Positions 24,960 through 38,080 of a DNA stretch of 64,000 nt are shown here, piece after piece (position 1 is the stretch's first letter; each line of letters opens with the position of its first letter). The notes below the pieces were generated by a model. The model made no database searches, was not told the DNA's origin, and was given only the letters and a program-made list of their open reading frames with translations. This stretch comes from Squalus acanthias. Lineage: Eukaryota. Made by a program: the position numbers and the translations under genes. The stretch covers positions 138,882,001-138,946,000 of the forward strand of contig CM059432.1 of assembly GCA_030390025.1 (NCBI GenBank), read 5' to 3'.

Positions 24960-25505
24960 CTCACCTTGCCTGGTTGCTGAAAGCATGTTGTCATCTCCTT
25001 CCTCTTTAACATATCGCATACGTACTGCAGGCTGTTTTTCGCCTAGCCACTGCCTTCGGCAAGACTTAGACAATGCCTTGGGTAAGTACCTTGGAGATCC
25101 AAACCAGTTAACCCTCCTTGTGCCCACCTCATGCCACAGCATGTCCGTTTCTGCAGCCATCAAACTGGGAGTCAGTGGTAGCACTGCTGCCACCAATTCT
25201 TCACCAGCTCAGTTTCGTGTCTGCACATTAGGTTTCCAGTCCTTTTGTTCTTGGCCGTCACTTCTTCTCTTGTGCCGCCATGGCGGAGACTGCAAGTTGA
25301 GTGAAGCATTTTTTGAGCCTTTCAAAGAAAGCGACGACAGTTTTTAATCCCGTTTTGAACAACGGTGCTTGAGATGGTCTGTACGGCATGCTTCCTCTCG
25401 CTCCCTTCGCCGGGCTCAAGCTGCATTTTTCGATGATATTCATGAGCTTACCACGGAACGCACATCAACGCCTGGTCATCGCTCTGCCGGTGCAGAATTT
25501 GGGCC
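24960..25505 (-). mobile_element. Degraded Harbinger-like end with a weak Myb-like remnant
   Basis: TIR-like GGCCCAAATTCTGC at 25505 (minus strand). TPSLMAAETDMLWHEVGTRRVNWFG resembles the start of the Myb-like domain. Confidence 0.45.
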
Positions 25506-28109
25506 TCACGCAGCAATCCCAGCAGCTTTTGAGCTGGGTCGCTCGATTGACACTGTAGTGCAGAGACTGTAAATTAGCACAGCTCAGTGTGAACATCAGC
25601 AGACTAATACAGGGTACTAGCTGTAAATTGCGATTTTATTACTGAGGCCATAACAATGTCATATTAACCGTCTTCCTTTGGTCTGGTAATCTGAAAGCTG
25701 GTTTCCATTTAAACCTTTCTTGTTATTAAGACTGCCCCGGCAATTTTCTTTTCCTCTTTGTATGTCTTCATGGGATGCAGATGCTGCAGAATATCCCACC
25801 AGGCCTCTTCCTTCACTGTCTCGCTCAGTTGAAACCATTCTCTAGGAGCGCTACTCCCTGAAGGCCAGGCTGTATGTTGTGGAATCAGAATAAAGACTCT
25901 TTATGTTAACATCTGACCATACTGGAGGTGTTTTCATCCAGATGGTCCGCTAAAGATCGGACTAATCCAATTCTTGATGAAAGCAGTCACACTCAAGTGG
26001 CAGAAATTCAATCTGCATCCATTTGGCCAGTGAGTGGTTACTTAACAGGCTTTTCTATTGGTCCACACAGCGTTCTAGTTTTTGGAAAGCAACTAAAGGG
26101 GAAGGGTGATTATCTGTGTGTTACACATTCAGCTTTTAACTAATTTTCTTCCATGCCACTCAATCGTCGCCCAAGTGGGATGTTTTTGATTTGTTCAGCA
26201 CTATTGTAACCCACCCAGTGAGATGTAGAAGAAGAAGAACTTGCATTTACATCGCATCATTCACGACCTCGGGACGTCCCAAAGCGCATTACAACCAATG
26301 AAGTACTTCTGAAGTGTAGTCAAGTGTCATGCCGGAAACGCAGCAGCCAGTTTGTGCATGTAAGCCATGCAAACCTCTGGATGTCTTCAAGACAGTAAAT
26401 GGGTGGAAATCCGGACATGCTGATGGGAAAACTACACTCTTCATAACACAAAAAGAGAATTTTACTGAGTTGAAAGTAGCTTTTGCCTTTGAGAGGGGGT
26501 GTTGTCAAGCAGAGCGATGACCCACAAGGGAACAACCAATGTTGCTATCCTCTTGCGACACTTGCTTTCTTTGGCTTATGTCACCCAATTTCTTCTGCTC
26601 TAAATGTAATTTGCCCCTCCATGTGTATTAATAATTAGGAAAAAAATGCAGCATGACTACAATTAATTGGGCCCATCCACCCAATGGTAATCTGTTATCG
26701 AGCTTCCAGCCGGAAACCATTTCAAATCGATTCTGGAAAAATGGAGACCCCATTCCCCAACCACCCAACTGAGATATTGCACGTTTTCTGGATGTCAGTC
26801 GGCTCGCATCAAAATTACCAATGCCTGGAATATCACCTCAAGGTTGGTCATATCAGACATCAGCCGAGTTGAAAACTGACAAAGCTCATTAGAGATACAA
26901 ATTGGTTAATCAGCATCTAGACTCGAACCTGCAATCAACGTGGCATGAAATGAGTGCACTAACCTCTATGCTACAAGTTAATTTATGTTGAAGGGGCATG
27001 GGTGCACAAATGCCATTTGTGCTGTATATATTTCTTTTTTGTTTTAAAAAGGAACTACATCTGCTAAATGGAACGCAATCTATTTTACAACTTGTGTAAG
27101 CCTTTCTATTACAATTAATAAAAAAAAAAAATTCAATGATTAACTCCTGTATTCTTCTCTATGATTTCAACCTCAAATCTGTATGCTGGAACAATCAAGA
27201 TGAAATATGTTGCTTTAGGTCTGCTGTGACACTTGTTTCTGAAATATTCACATTGTTGCTTTCATTTATTTTAACTGACAGGGTTTTATTTACTCAAAGC
27301 AACTATGGGTGGTGTACTATAATTGGATATTGATATCTCATATTGATATAGGCCACCAATAAATTGCACAGCAACCCCTTCAAACATCAGTTGCCATCTA
27401 AGATGCTATAAAATGAATTAGTATGGGTATTTGGTGTCAGAAGCACATAGTGTGACCATGAAACAGTTACCCTAATTTTTACAACAGGCACTACAGTTCA
27501 AACAAACACAGAATTACTTATCCGGTGTTCTAAGCTAACATGTAAAATCATCTTGTAGGCGTTTTATCTACCTCAGATTTATGACTTAATGAATTTGCAA
27601 AAAGAATAAGGTTCTTGAAACAAGCCCTTAATGCTGTCATAATTGGGTGCAAATTCTAAATTTCAGAGACTCTTAACATTTCTACAGTAACGTTATTTGT
27701 TGAACCTTTCAGCAATGTCAGATGTTCCACAGAGGTATTTTCACTAGGTTCTTAAACAGCACTTTAATAATATTATTTTAATACCATATCCCTTTGAATA
27801 CTGGCAGTCTTTTGTAGCTCCCCAAATCTTCATTGATCAATATACAGAAATGATTGTTCATGACTTTCAACTTCTATCTTTTATAAAATAGACGAGAGAA
27901 TGTACACAATGCAGAGCTAAAAACATTTCGCAGATTCACTGTGGTCTCTGAATGCACTAAAATGTAATATACAGAGGACATCTCACTGGAAACGTATGAA
28001 TACTGAAGTTCTTTCACAAGCATGATAGAACCATAAATCACGAGCCCTTCACCAGCAACTGAGTTATGCAGGTTTTTTTTTTAACATTATGGACTTCAAT
28101 ATTTTTGCC

Positions 28110-28438
28110 TGCCCTCCCCCACTTCTGCAGCCCTACACGCCTCTCCGAGATCTCTGCGCTCCTCCAATTCTGGCCTCTTGTGCATCCCCGATTTTAATTG
28201 CTCCACCATTGCCGTGCGCACCTTCAGTTGCCTAGACTCCAAGCTCTAGAATTCCCTCCCTAAACCTCTCCGCCTCTCCCATCTCCTTTAAGACGCCCCT
28301 TAAAACCTACCTCTGACCAAACTTTTGATCACTTTATGTGGCTCGGAGTCAAATTTTGTTTGTTAGCGCTCCTGTGAAACTCCTTGGGACGTCTTACTGC
28401 GTTAAAGGCGCTATATAAATGGAAGATGTTGTTGTTGT
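28110..28438 (+). mobile_element. L2 3' end
   Basis: Colinear with the other L2 copies; (GTT)n tail. Confidence 0.85.
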
Positions 28439-29749
28439 GGGGGAGCTATGTTAGGGAGATGGGGATGGTAAGGTGAAAAGGATCCTGCTAAGATTATCAA
28501 ATTTCCTCCAACATAGCCATTTGTTCAGCGCCATGCTTGTTCACGCTGCAACTTCTCATCAACAAGAGCCAGCTACTCTTCAGAGGGAGAAGGGGGTCAG
28601 TAGGCTCCCAATGCCTCAACGTGATTACAATCACAAAACGTGTCAAAGAACGAAGCAAACAATATCAGTTATACAAGATTAAGTTTAGCGGTGGGGGCAG
28701 GAGCTTAAAGGTACCTAGAAAAATCAGCACTAGAATGAGCAGAATATCTTGATCCAAGGACTGACGTTTACTTAATTAAAACTTTTTTTTTGAACAAGAT
28801 AAGACAAAAAAATAGTGACTGCCTCCATACAACATTACTTTGGCTAAAGAACTTTTACAATTAAAATGAATAGGGACTGTCTGACAGTTAATCGAGGATC
28901 CTTTCTGTTTTGAACACATGGCATGCTTGTGTCGATAGATATTTTTACTCTGGTAGAGGGCCCTTGTCCTAGTGGCATTATCCACCTTTAAACTGTACAT
29001 TTACCCCCAAAAAAAGGAACTTTTTAGTTAAATATTAAATAGCACTACTTCATCTTAAACTAATCTTGCTAGCGTGAAGAAAGATTTTTTAAATTCACTT
29101 GGTTGCAGAGGAGGGAGGGGAAAAATAAAGACAGAACAAGAGGTGGCAAGCTAGATGTACAATAAGTGCAACACCAAATTTCTTAAATCATTTAAAAATA
29201 TGAGGGCTTTAGCTTTTATCCAATTAACTAGTGCCTTCCTTCGAATTAGAAAAGAAATACTGTATAATTTAGCCCATGGTTGTTTAGTAATTTGGCTCTG
29301 TGGTATGTAAGCTAATGCAGGGTAGCAGCTCCAGCCTCTTGTTCTTCGTTTCTTATTACTGAATTATAATTCAATGATTACCTTAGATCACAAGCTATTC
29401 ATAAATCAGGGTCTGACATATGATGAAAAATTGTATTAATATATGAAACTTATTATATAGTCTGAAATGCTCTCTTGATAAATTACATTGTTCAGGCTTG
29501 ACAATGATTGCATTTAAGACGTTATTTCTGTTTGTGGTTTTATAGACTCAAATATTCTTCATAAAAAAAAAATTGAAGTACTGCGCTGTTTCCGTGAGTC
29601 GGCGGGCACGGGTTGCAAATGGCAAACGTACAGCCTTGCCCGATTCACTGGTGGCAATATGGGACCAAAATAAAAAATGATTGATGCACTGAAAAGCTTC
29701 TGCTGCAATTTTTTGTGTGGGTTTGATGAACAATATAGTTTCGCTTTCA

Positions 29750-30421
29750 ATAACAACAACAACTTGTATTTATATAGCACCTTTAACGTAGTAAAACGTC
29801 CCAAGGCGCTTCACAGGAGTATTATAAGACAAAAAATTTGACACCGAGCCACATAAGGAGAAATTAGGGCAGGTGACCAAAAGCTTGGTCAAAGAGGTAG
29901 GTTTTAAGGAACGTCTTAAAGGAGGAAAGAGAGGTAGAGAGGCAGAGAGGTTTAGGCAGGGAATTCCAGAGCTTAGGGCCTAGACAACAGAAGGCACGGC
30001 CACCAATGGTTGAGCGATTATAATCAGGGATGCTCAAGAGGGCAGAATTAGAGGAGCGCAGATATCTCAGGGGGTTGTGGGGGCTGAAGGAGATTGCAGA
30101 GATAGGGAGGGGCGAGGCCATGCAGTGATTTGAAAACAAGGATGAGAATTTTGAAATTGAGGCGTTGCTTAACTGGGAGCTAATGTAGGTCAGCGAGCAC
30201 AGGGGAGATGGGTGAACGGGACTTGGTGCGAGTTAGAACACGGGCAGCCGAGTTTTGGATCACCTGAAGTTTACGTAGGGTAGAATGTGGGAGGCCAGCC
30301 AGGAGTGCGTTGGAATAGTCAAGTCTGGAGGTAACAAAAGCATGGATGAGGGTTTCAGCAGCGGATGAGCTGAGGCAAGGGCGGAGACGGGCAATGTTAC
30401 GGAGGTGGAAATAGGCGGTCT
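29750..30421 (-). mobile_element. L2 LINE, longest 3'-end copy (ORF2 C-terminus and tail)
   Basis: KTAYFHLRNIARLRPCLSSSAAETLIHAFVTSRLDYSNALLAGLP...QNSAARVLTRTK is characteristic of the L2 clade. Confidence 0.93.
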
Positions 30422-30534
30422 TTCTTGTGCTGCGGATATGATCCAAACTGGCTATTTTCCTCAACCACACATATCCACAACTCAAACTAATATGCATGTT
30501 GTAACAGCTAAAAACTAAGTTGCAAATCCAATGT

Positions 30535-31765
30535 ATGAAGTTTAATTTAAACTGAGAGGTGTTTAAATTGTTTTAGCTGATGTAGATGCCTTTTTAACGA
30601 AGGCTGATGGAATTACTTGTGCAGTAGATGGTATTATTTACATTATGTGCTTTGTTAAAAGCTTATCCTGATGAGGGACACATTTTGATAGGTTAACGTT
30701 CTTTAGAAACAAAAATCACGCTCTTAATATTTAAAATAAAATTATGCTAAATATCAATGCATTTTTCCTTCATTTATTCCATCACTGTTAGTTTGCGTTG
30801 AGTAGTTTGTATAGACTAAACGGCACTTCAATATCAACATATCTGTTAATCGAATTTTGCTGTGGAAATTTTAAAAAAAATCAGTCAACCTTTGGTCTGC
30901 AACTTAATCATATTCATCAAAGTAAAAAAGCTGGCAGCTAAGTTTGTTTCTGGGATTCCCTGTGGAATGCAGACACTTCCACAGGGAAAGAAGAGGGGGA
31001 AAAAAGGCAAATAAACAGTCATGAGGCAAGTTACCATAGGATGTTCTTGATCACTTCCTAGTGAAGAGTCACAGAAATAGCACAGTACTGGCAGAAAATT
31101 ATTAGACATCGAGTATCTCCTCTCTTGTTTCAGAAAAGCATGGCGCAGGAGAATTTTTAAAAAAACAGGAAAAGGGAGAAAAAAATATTAAATACTTTCA
31201 TTCCTTTCCATTCCCAAGAAAACACGTCAGCACGTTTAACCCGCATCAAGTGAACAATTTATAGATTATTACTGAAAATTAGGTTCACATCTGGAAGCGG
31301 TTTGACTACGTTGTGTAGTTTTTTTTTCGTTTTCTTCATGACTTAAGTTGGAAAAATAACATGTGTGCACTCCGCCTGCACTGTGTGCCATTAGAAGTGA
31401 TTCTATTCCACACCATCACACAGTAATTCGATTAATAGATATGTTGATATTCAAGTGCCTTTTAGGACCAACCTATACAAACTACTCTGTGCAAACTGGT
31501 GCAGCTACTCCTAACAGCTATGCAATAAATGAAGGAAAAATGTTTGCTTTGATATTTAGCGTAATTTTATTTTAAATATTGAGAGTGGGATTTTTGCTTT
31601 TAAAAGATCATTAACCTATCAAAATGTGTCCCTTGCTATTAACATAGTGTATTAATGTAAATATTACCATCTACGGCACAAGTAACTCCATCCAGCCTTA
31701 GTTAAAAAAGTGTATACATCATCTAAAACAACTTTAAACACCTTGCAGTTTAAATTAAACTTCAT
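30535..31765. repeat. Long imperfect inverted repeat (foldback), arms ~30535-30870 and ~31405-31765
   Basis: Matching blocks include ATGAAGTTTAATTTAAACTG / CAGTTTAAATTAAACTTCAT, AGGGACACATTTTGATAGGTTAA / TTAACCTATCAAAATGTGTCCCT and AATATCAACATATCT / AGATATGTTGATATT. Confidence 0.9.
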
Positions 31766-32307
31766 GGTGCGAGTGCAGTGCTAGAAGCTGCACTGAAACA
31801 CAAGCTCTAATTCTGATTGTGTATTCTTTCCACATTATGACAATGTTTCACTAGTATGTAGAAATGGAGACAAGATCACTCTCCACCAAAAGTAATGGGA
31901 AGTTAAAAACGGCCTCTGAATAAAAATGCCTTTAAATGAACAATAATTATACCTTATTTAAGAAACAGTTCTTTATTGCACTTCTTCAGATAAACTCATT
32001 TACATGCAGAACATTGCAGACAGAGTGATTCCTCACTAGTCTGGGATCAAGGAGTCAGAAATGTGGGCATCCCCATCATTTTTGTATATTTTATCTGCGC
32101 TTTTTTTTTTACTTTTGAAGGAAAGGTAGGCTTTTATTAATAATTGTGCGTATTTTTTTTTAAATGGATGATCAGTCCTCATTATGACAAAATATTTTTT
32201 CCTGTACCAGCTATTTTGTAAGCAGAGGCTATTTGATATCTGTTGTTGTGTCTGAGTTTTTAAAAAAGTACCGTTCCTCTGTCCTTTTCTGAAAGCTATA
32301 CTCGGGA

Positions 32308-32560
32308 ATGGTCCCACGCGAGTGGCCACCCTCCAGTACTTCACCAAAGTGGCTGTTCTTCAAATGAGGTCCAGTGACCCTGGAGCATTGGCAGGTTGTC
32401 AGGCACTGGGGAATCACAACGGAGCCTGGTCCTATCCACACAAATGCATTTTCCAGCAAGGGGTTCACAGGGTAACGATTGGAACCAAGAACCCTGGCTG
32501 ATTTTTTTTTTTTAAATCCTCTCTAATTTAAGAATGCTCAGTCCAACTGTCCTGCCCCCT
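32308..32560 (-). mobile_element. Old SINE body (AmnSINE2-like from recall)
   Basis: Minus strand reads AAAATCAGCCAGGGTTCTTG...CCCCTTGCTGGAAAATGC. Probably related pieces lie at 47790-47932 and 35735-36075. Confidence 0.45.
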
Positions 32561-32674
32561 CAGGTAGTTTCTTACTAAAGAATAACTCTTTATCGATGAT
32601 ATGAAATAACACATCACACACAAGTTCTGTTATTTCAGTTGTTTCCACTTAGTTTCATTTCTCATCGCTACTCA

Positions 32675-33030
32675 TTTCTTTTTGTTTGAAAACTTTCCAA
32701 ACCACAGCTTTATTTATTGTGCAGGTACACCGACAGTTTATGCAATGCCGGAGGAAGCCACTGCAGCGTGTCTGGGCTTCGTGGTGGTCCCTTCACGGAA
32801 TCCATTGCTGAATCTGCGCTACACCACCTCCAGGTGTGTCAGGTGACCTGGACCAGTTATGTTTCTCCTTTTGGCCTCAGCACTCCAGTTACACTTCCTC
32901 TTTCTCTTGGCAGGGTAGGCACATTTACGGCAGGTCGATTTCTGCAGGTGAACGCTTTAGCCCCACACCGCCGGCAAACAGTGCGGGTCTTGTTCTGCCT
33001 CTGACCAAATGATGCTGTTCCCTTCGTCAT
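32675..33030 (-). pseudogene. RPL37: Processed pseudogene of 60S ribosomal protein L37
   Basis: ATG at 33030 to TAA at 32738 spans 293 nt, one short of a 97-codon CDS plus stop. It reads [26 protein letters not shown], then a 1-nt deletion near 32951, then [69 protein letters not shown]. It has no introns, a premature TAG at 32819-32821, AATAAA at 32709-32718 and an A-rich remnant at 32675-32687. Confidence 0.95.
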
Positions 33031-33079
33031 TTTCACCTCCCCCTTTTTCCTGTGGAATGTCACTTTATCTATTATTACT

Positions 33080-33314
33080 GACAACAGCTTGTATTTATAG
33101 AAGGCCTTTAACGTAGCAAAAACGTCACAAGGTGCTTCACAGGAGCGTAATCAAACAAAATTTGACACTGAGCCACATAAAAAGATACGAGGACAGATGA
33201 CCAAAAGCTTGGTCAAAGAGATTGGTTTTAAGAAGCGTCTTAAAAGGAGGAGAGAGAGGTTGAGAGGTTTAGGGAGGGAATTCCAGAGCTTAGGGCCTAG
33301 ACAGCTGAAGGCGT
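33080..33314 (-). mobile_element. L2 3' end
   Basis: Matches 29750-30000. Confidence 0.85.
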
Positions 33315-34742
33315 ACTAAATTTTCAGGCGTACTTTTATCGCGTTCTCCTCACACCATTCTGATGCAAGCTTTTCACTTCTTTATAAGTGGACAATATGA
33401 GCAAATCCTCCCTAAAACTGCAGAGGCAGTCAGAGCAGATCAGTGACCAGATTACTTTTTAGAAATACTACTAGAAAAATAGTCACCTTGAACTTTTCTT
33501 ACTGGGAAACTAGATTGTACTGGACTGAACTCCATTATTAATATCACGTACATTCTTTGTCATTCTATTGGTTGCTAAAATAAAACAAACAGCAACAGGA
33601 ATCCACTGCGTTACAAGTTCCTACTAAGGATTTATGACTTCTAAAGAAAACATTCTTCCACTGGACAACTTGGTTTCAATTGTGTTAAAATGAAGTAACT
33701 TTTAGACAAATTTAGCAACACTTAAAAATACAACACCAGCCCATGATAAAAATGAAGTTGATAATTTCTAAAACATGAGGATAATTTGTTACATTTTCTT
33801 TAAAAAGAATAAAGCAGATTTTTTTAACACACAACCTCAATTATTTTATTTTTATGGATAATAAAATGCATGCACTTGGAAATCTTCGGTAATTTTACTA
33901 TTTCATAATCACTTCACCGAGCACTCTGTCTTTAATTAACCTAACTGCAAATGGAAAGACAGAAAGAAATCTCAATTTGCATAGAAACATAATTCTATAT
34001 ATACATATACTGTGGAGTCCAAACAAAGACAAATATTGCAAAAAGAACACAGAGGCAGTGGAGACCCTTGAACAAGGTGTTAGGGTTGGAGTTCCAGTTT
34101 CAAGCTGTCATTTTCCGTCACCTACCCTCATTAGGCAAGCTTTGGCAGCTCTTGGCTAGGCCAACGTAGATGAAGGACTGCACACACACAGCATTCAATC
34201 TCAGGGAGGAGTAAACACAAGGGTGAACTAGTCCCATCTCGCAAAATTACAATTTCTGACAAAGATATATGAAGCCGCATACGAAGGGGCCAGGGACAAG
34301 ACTGCGGCTCAGACAGTCCTGTTGTCCTGGCTGAAGGACATGTGCAAATACGAAGCAAGTAGAGGGACATGAGGGTTAAAGAGGACAAAGAAACCAAAAA
34401 CTTGTTCCTACACACACTGGTTTCTCACGGAAGCAGTCATGCTCATTTTCATAACCCCAGTTTCTTTTTCCCCCAGAAGCGGCCCCTACTGCTAATCAAA
34501 TTAACGCTGGTCAGAACATTTTAAAATGTTGGCATTTGAGCCAAAATATAAAGGAATCTGTTGCACTGCAAGTGGAATTGGAAGAATGTAGAAAGTAGGC
34601 AGAGGAAGAAGCAACATGCTTTCGCAGACCAGCTCGTGAGTGGACACCAATTTTTGACAAGGCTTTTTGAATTTTTAGATTTGGTTTTGTTTATAGCAAA
34701 GTTTTAGATTCTGAAGCATGCACGCAATAAATCTGCACAATT

Positions 34743-35035
34743 TGTTTGATAGGGTAGACATAGAGAAAATGTTTCTACTTGTGGGGGAATCCAAAACTTG
34801 GGTCATTGATAAATCCAATAAGGAATTCAGGAGAAACTTCATTACCCAGAATGGTGAGAATGTGGAACTCGCTGCCACTTGGAGTAGTTGAGATGAAAAC
34901 TAGCACAGATGCATTTAAGAGGAAGCTAGATAAGTACATGATGCTGGTAGGGTGAGATGAAGTCGGGTGGGAGCATAAACACCGGCAAAGTCCAGTTGGG
35001 CCGATTGGCCTGTTACTGTGCTGTAATTTCCATGT
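34743..35035 (+). mobile_element. CR1 3' fragment (third subfamily)
   Basis: Similar to 51835-52220 and 58815-59198. Confidence 0.8.
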
Positions 35036-35346
35036 AATATGTAATTCTGTTGTGAGGCTGCCGAATAAGTGATTCGATTCATAAATATTCCTTTTGTAGT
35101 GGTAGTCAATAGATTTTACAATTTAGTTAAAATTTGACTTTTGTTTAGATTTTATGAAATGTACTTTTTCCTGTAAAGTTGCAGTGCTGATTTCTGTTAT
35201 TTAAAGCTGTAATTTTATTTTTAAAAATTAAGATTTTAGACACAACGAACAATAAGTAATACTTTAAATGCAAGAACAACACCAACCACCATCACTGATC
35301 TAGCTGGTGGAAAAGTGAAAAGATTATGACCAAGGTTATCAAGGTG

Positions 35347-35730
35347 AATAGCGCCTTTCATAACCTCAGGACACCCCAAAGTGCTTTACAGCCAATGAAG
35401 TACTTCTGAAGTATAGTCACTGTTGTAATGTAGGAAACGTGGCAGCAAATTTGCGCACTGCAAGATCCCACAAACAACAATGTGATAATGACCAGATAAT
35501 CTGTTTTAGTGGTGTTAGTTGAGGGATAAATATTGGCCCAGGACACCGGGGAGAACTCCCCTGCTCTTCTTTTGAATAGTGGCCGTGGGATCATTTATGT
35601 CAACCCGAGAGGGCAAACGGGACCTCGGGTTTAACATCTCATCCAAAAGACAACACCTCCAACAGTGAAGCACTCCCTCAGTACTGCACTGGGAGTGTCA
35701 GCCTAGATTATGTGCACAAGTCTCTGGAGT
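35347..35730 (-). mobile_element. DeuSINE, 5'-truncated
   Basis: Deu core and tail. Confidence 0.82.
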
Positions 35731-36100
35731 ACTGAGGCTGTTGCAATTGGGCTCAGATTCCACTGGTCTGGGGAAAAACTGAGCTGCTAACAGGAGGCGC
35801 TAAGGTACCCAATTTCTAGCCCTAAGTGTTTATGGTGCGAAATGGAAATCAGGAAGATTGGTTTGTTTGAATTCTTCTGCTGGTTCATCTGTGACCTTCC
35901 TATGCGTGAATAGCCTGTTGATACTCGGGTTGGAGTTTTCCACATGCGCACTTGCCAGCCTGCAATTCGCTCCCCACTGGTAGTATGGAAGTAGAAAACC
36001 CTAGTCTCGCTGTCTAAGCAGACACATACGGAATGTGCTACTTGCTACTGAAGGGCTACCGGTACCCATAGGACGATACTACAATGCAATTTATTATCTG

Positions 36101-36555
36101 ATGTCAGCTTTGACTCAGTGGGTAGCACTCTTAGTCAGAAAGTCGTGGGTTCAAGTCCCACTCCAGAGACTTGGGCAAAAAATATAGGCTGACACTCCCA
36201 CTGCAGTACTGTGGGAGTGCTGCACTGTCGGAGGTGTCGACTTTCGCATGAGACGTTAAACTGAGGCTCCGTTTGCTCTCTTGGGTGGACGTAAAAGATC
36301 CCATGGCGATATTTCGAAGAGCGGGGGAGTTCTCCCCGGTGTGCTGGCCAATATTTATACCTCAACCAACATCACTAAAAACAGATTACCTGGTCAGTAT
36401 CACATTGCTGTTTGTGGGACCTTGCTGTGCAGAAATTGGCTGCCGCGGTTAATACACTACAACAGTGACTACACTTCAAAAGTATGGTTGTAAAGGGCTT
36501 TGGGATGTCCTGAGGTCGTGAAAGGCGCCATATAAATACAAGTCGTTTTTTCTTT
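36101..36555 (+). mobile_element. DeuSINE, near full length
   Basis: A/B boxes, Deu core and tail; inverted relative to 35347-35730. Confidence 0.85.
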
Positions 36556-36574
36556 ATAGGAAACAAAAGAAATT

Positions 36575-37478
36575 GGCGTAGAAATTGGATTGTGCAGCGT
36601 CTGTTTAGAAAAGCGGGTGCTGAAGGGTCCAATATGGTGTGCATGCGCTCAGTCTGCGCCGTGAGGGCACTGCATGCCAAATTGGTTAGGGTGCCTGCAA
36701 TTAGCGTTGAGCCCGTTGCCTGTGCAGTGGTCAGATTTCTCGGGCCTAAAGCAGCCAAACCAGTGGTTCTTAAAGTGACTGCTGGAGGCTGCCATAATAA
36801 TGTAATTTAAAAAAAAATGTTGCTTCCCTGTATGTGGAACCACTCCTGCTCCTCCTGGCTCCACGTTGAAACTGCGGCCATTGCCAGCCACCACTGGCCC
36901 CTGCTCCCGATCTCCCTCTCTCCCCCCCCACCATCCCCCAAAATTACCATGAGCCCGGTGCCATCGATCCCTCCCCCCCCCCCCCCCCCACCCGCCCCCC
37001 CCGCCACCCCTCCAGACAAGACTTTCCTCCTCTTCACGATAAGTGCATCGTTTCTTGGGGCACGACTAGTATCTCCAGCAGGTCGGTCCTGTCTTCTGAG
37101 ATCGCTGCGCATCTCCAATTCTGGCCTCTTGCACATCCAATTTGCGGCCGTGGCTTCAGCTGCCTTGGCCCCAAGCTCTGGAATTCCCTCCCTAAACCTC
37201 TCCCTCCTGCTTCTTTAAGGTGCTTCTTAAAACCTACCTCTTTGACCAGCTTTTTGGTCACCTGTCCTAATATCTCCTCATGTGGCTCGGTGTCAAAGTT
37301 TTGTTTGATAACGCTCCTGTGAAGTGCCTTGGGACGTTTTACGATGATAGAAACGCTGTATAAATGCAAGTTGTTGTTGTAGTAGGACCAATTTCACGTG
37401 GCCCTCTCGCAATCAGTTTCTGCGCGATGGTTGTTGCGGTCAATGGGTTCATGCCCAAATTCGGCCAATTTCTCAGCC
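36575..37478. mobile_element. Harbinger-like non-autonomous element containing an L2 3' end (37097-37381)
   Basis: Imperfect TIRs GGCGTAGAAATTGG and CCAATTTCTCAGCC; GC-rich interior with poly-C. Confidence 0.55.
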
Positions 37479-37606
37479 AGTTAATCAAACACTTCAGGAC
37501 AAAGAGATAGATTAACACCTCCACTCACCATTGCAAGAGCCTTTTCCGCACAACTTCACAGCAATATAGTTATACAGTGCTGGGGGAATGGTGTGTGCAA
37601 TAGAAG

Positions 37607-38080
37607 AACATAGAAAACAGAGAAAAATAAGAGCAGGAGTAGGCCATTCGGCCCTTCGAGCCTGTTCCGCCATTCAATATGATCATGGCTGATCTTCTAC
37701 CTGAATACCATATTCCCGCTCTCTCCCCATACCCCTTGATGCCTTTTGTGTCTAGAAATCTATCTATCTCCTTCTTAAATATATTCAGTGACTTGGCCTC
37801 CACAGCCTTCTGTGGTAGAGAATTCCACAGGTTCATCACCCTCTGAGTGAAGAAATTTCTCCTCATCTCAGTCCTAAATGTCCTACCCCCTATCCTGAGA
37901 CTGTGACCCCTCGTTCTAGACCCCCCCAGCCAGGGAAAACATCCTCCCTGCATCCAGTCTGTCTAGCCCTGTCAGAATTTTATACGTTTCAATGAGATCC
38001 CCTCTCATTCTTCTAAACTCTAGTGAATACAGGCCTAGTCGACCCAATCTCTCCTCATACGACAGTCCTGCCATCCCAGG
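37607..38080 (-). mobile_element. CR1 3' fragment
   Basis: RTEMRRNFFTQRVMNLWNSLPQKAVEA peptide, 3' UTR and tail. Confidence 0.92.

Noticed and set aside
36807..37218. Proline- or glycine-rich proteins (also 43097-43309, 47095-47477, 52951-53379)
   Set aside because: They arise from poly-C/poly-G tracts inside MITEs or low-complexity DNA.
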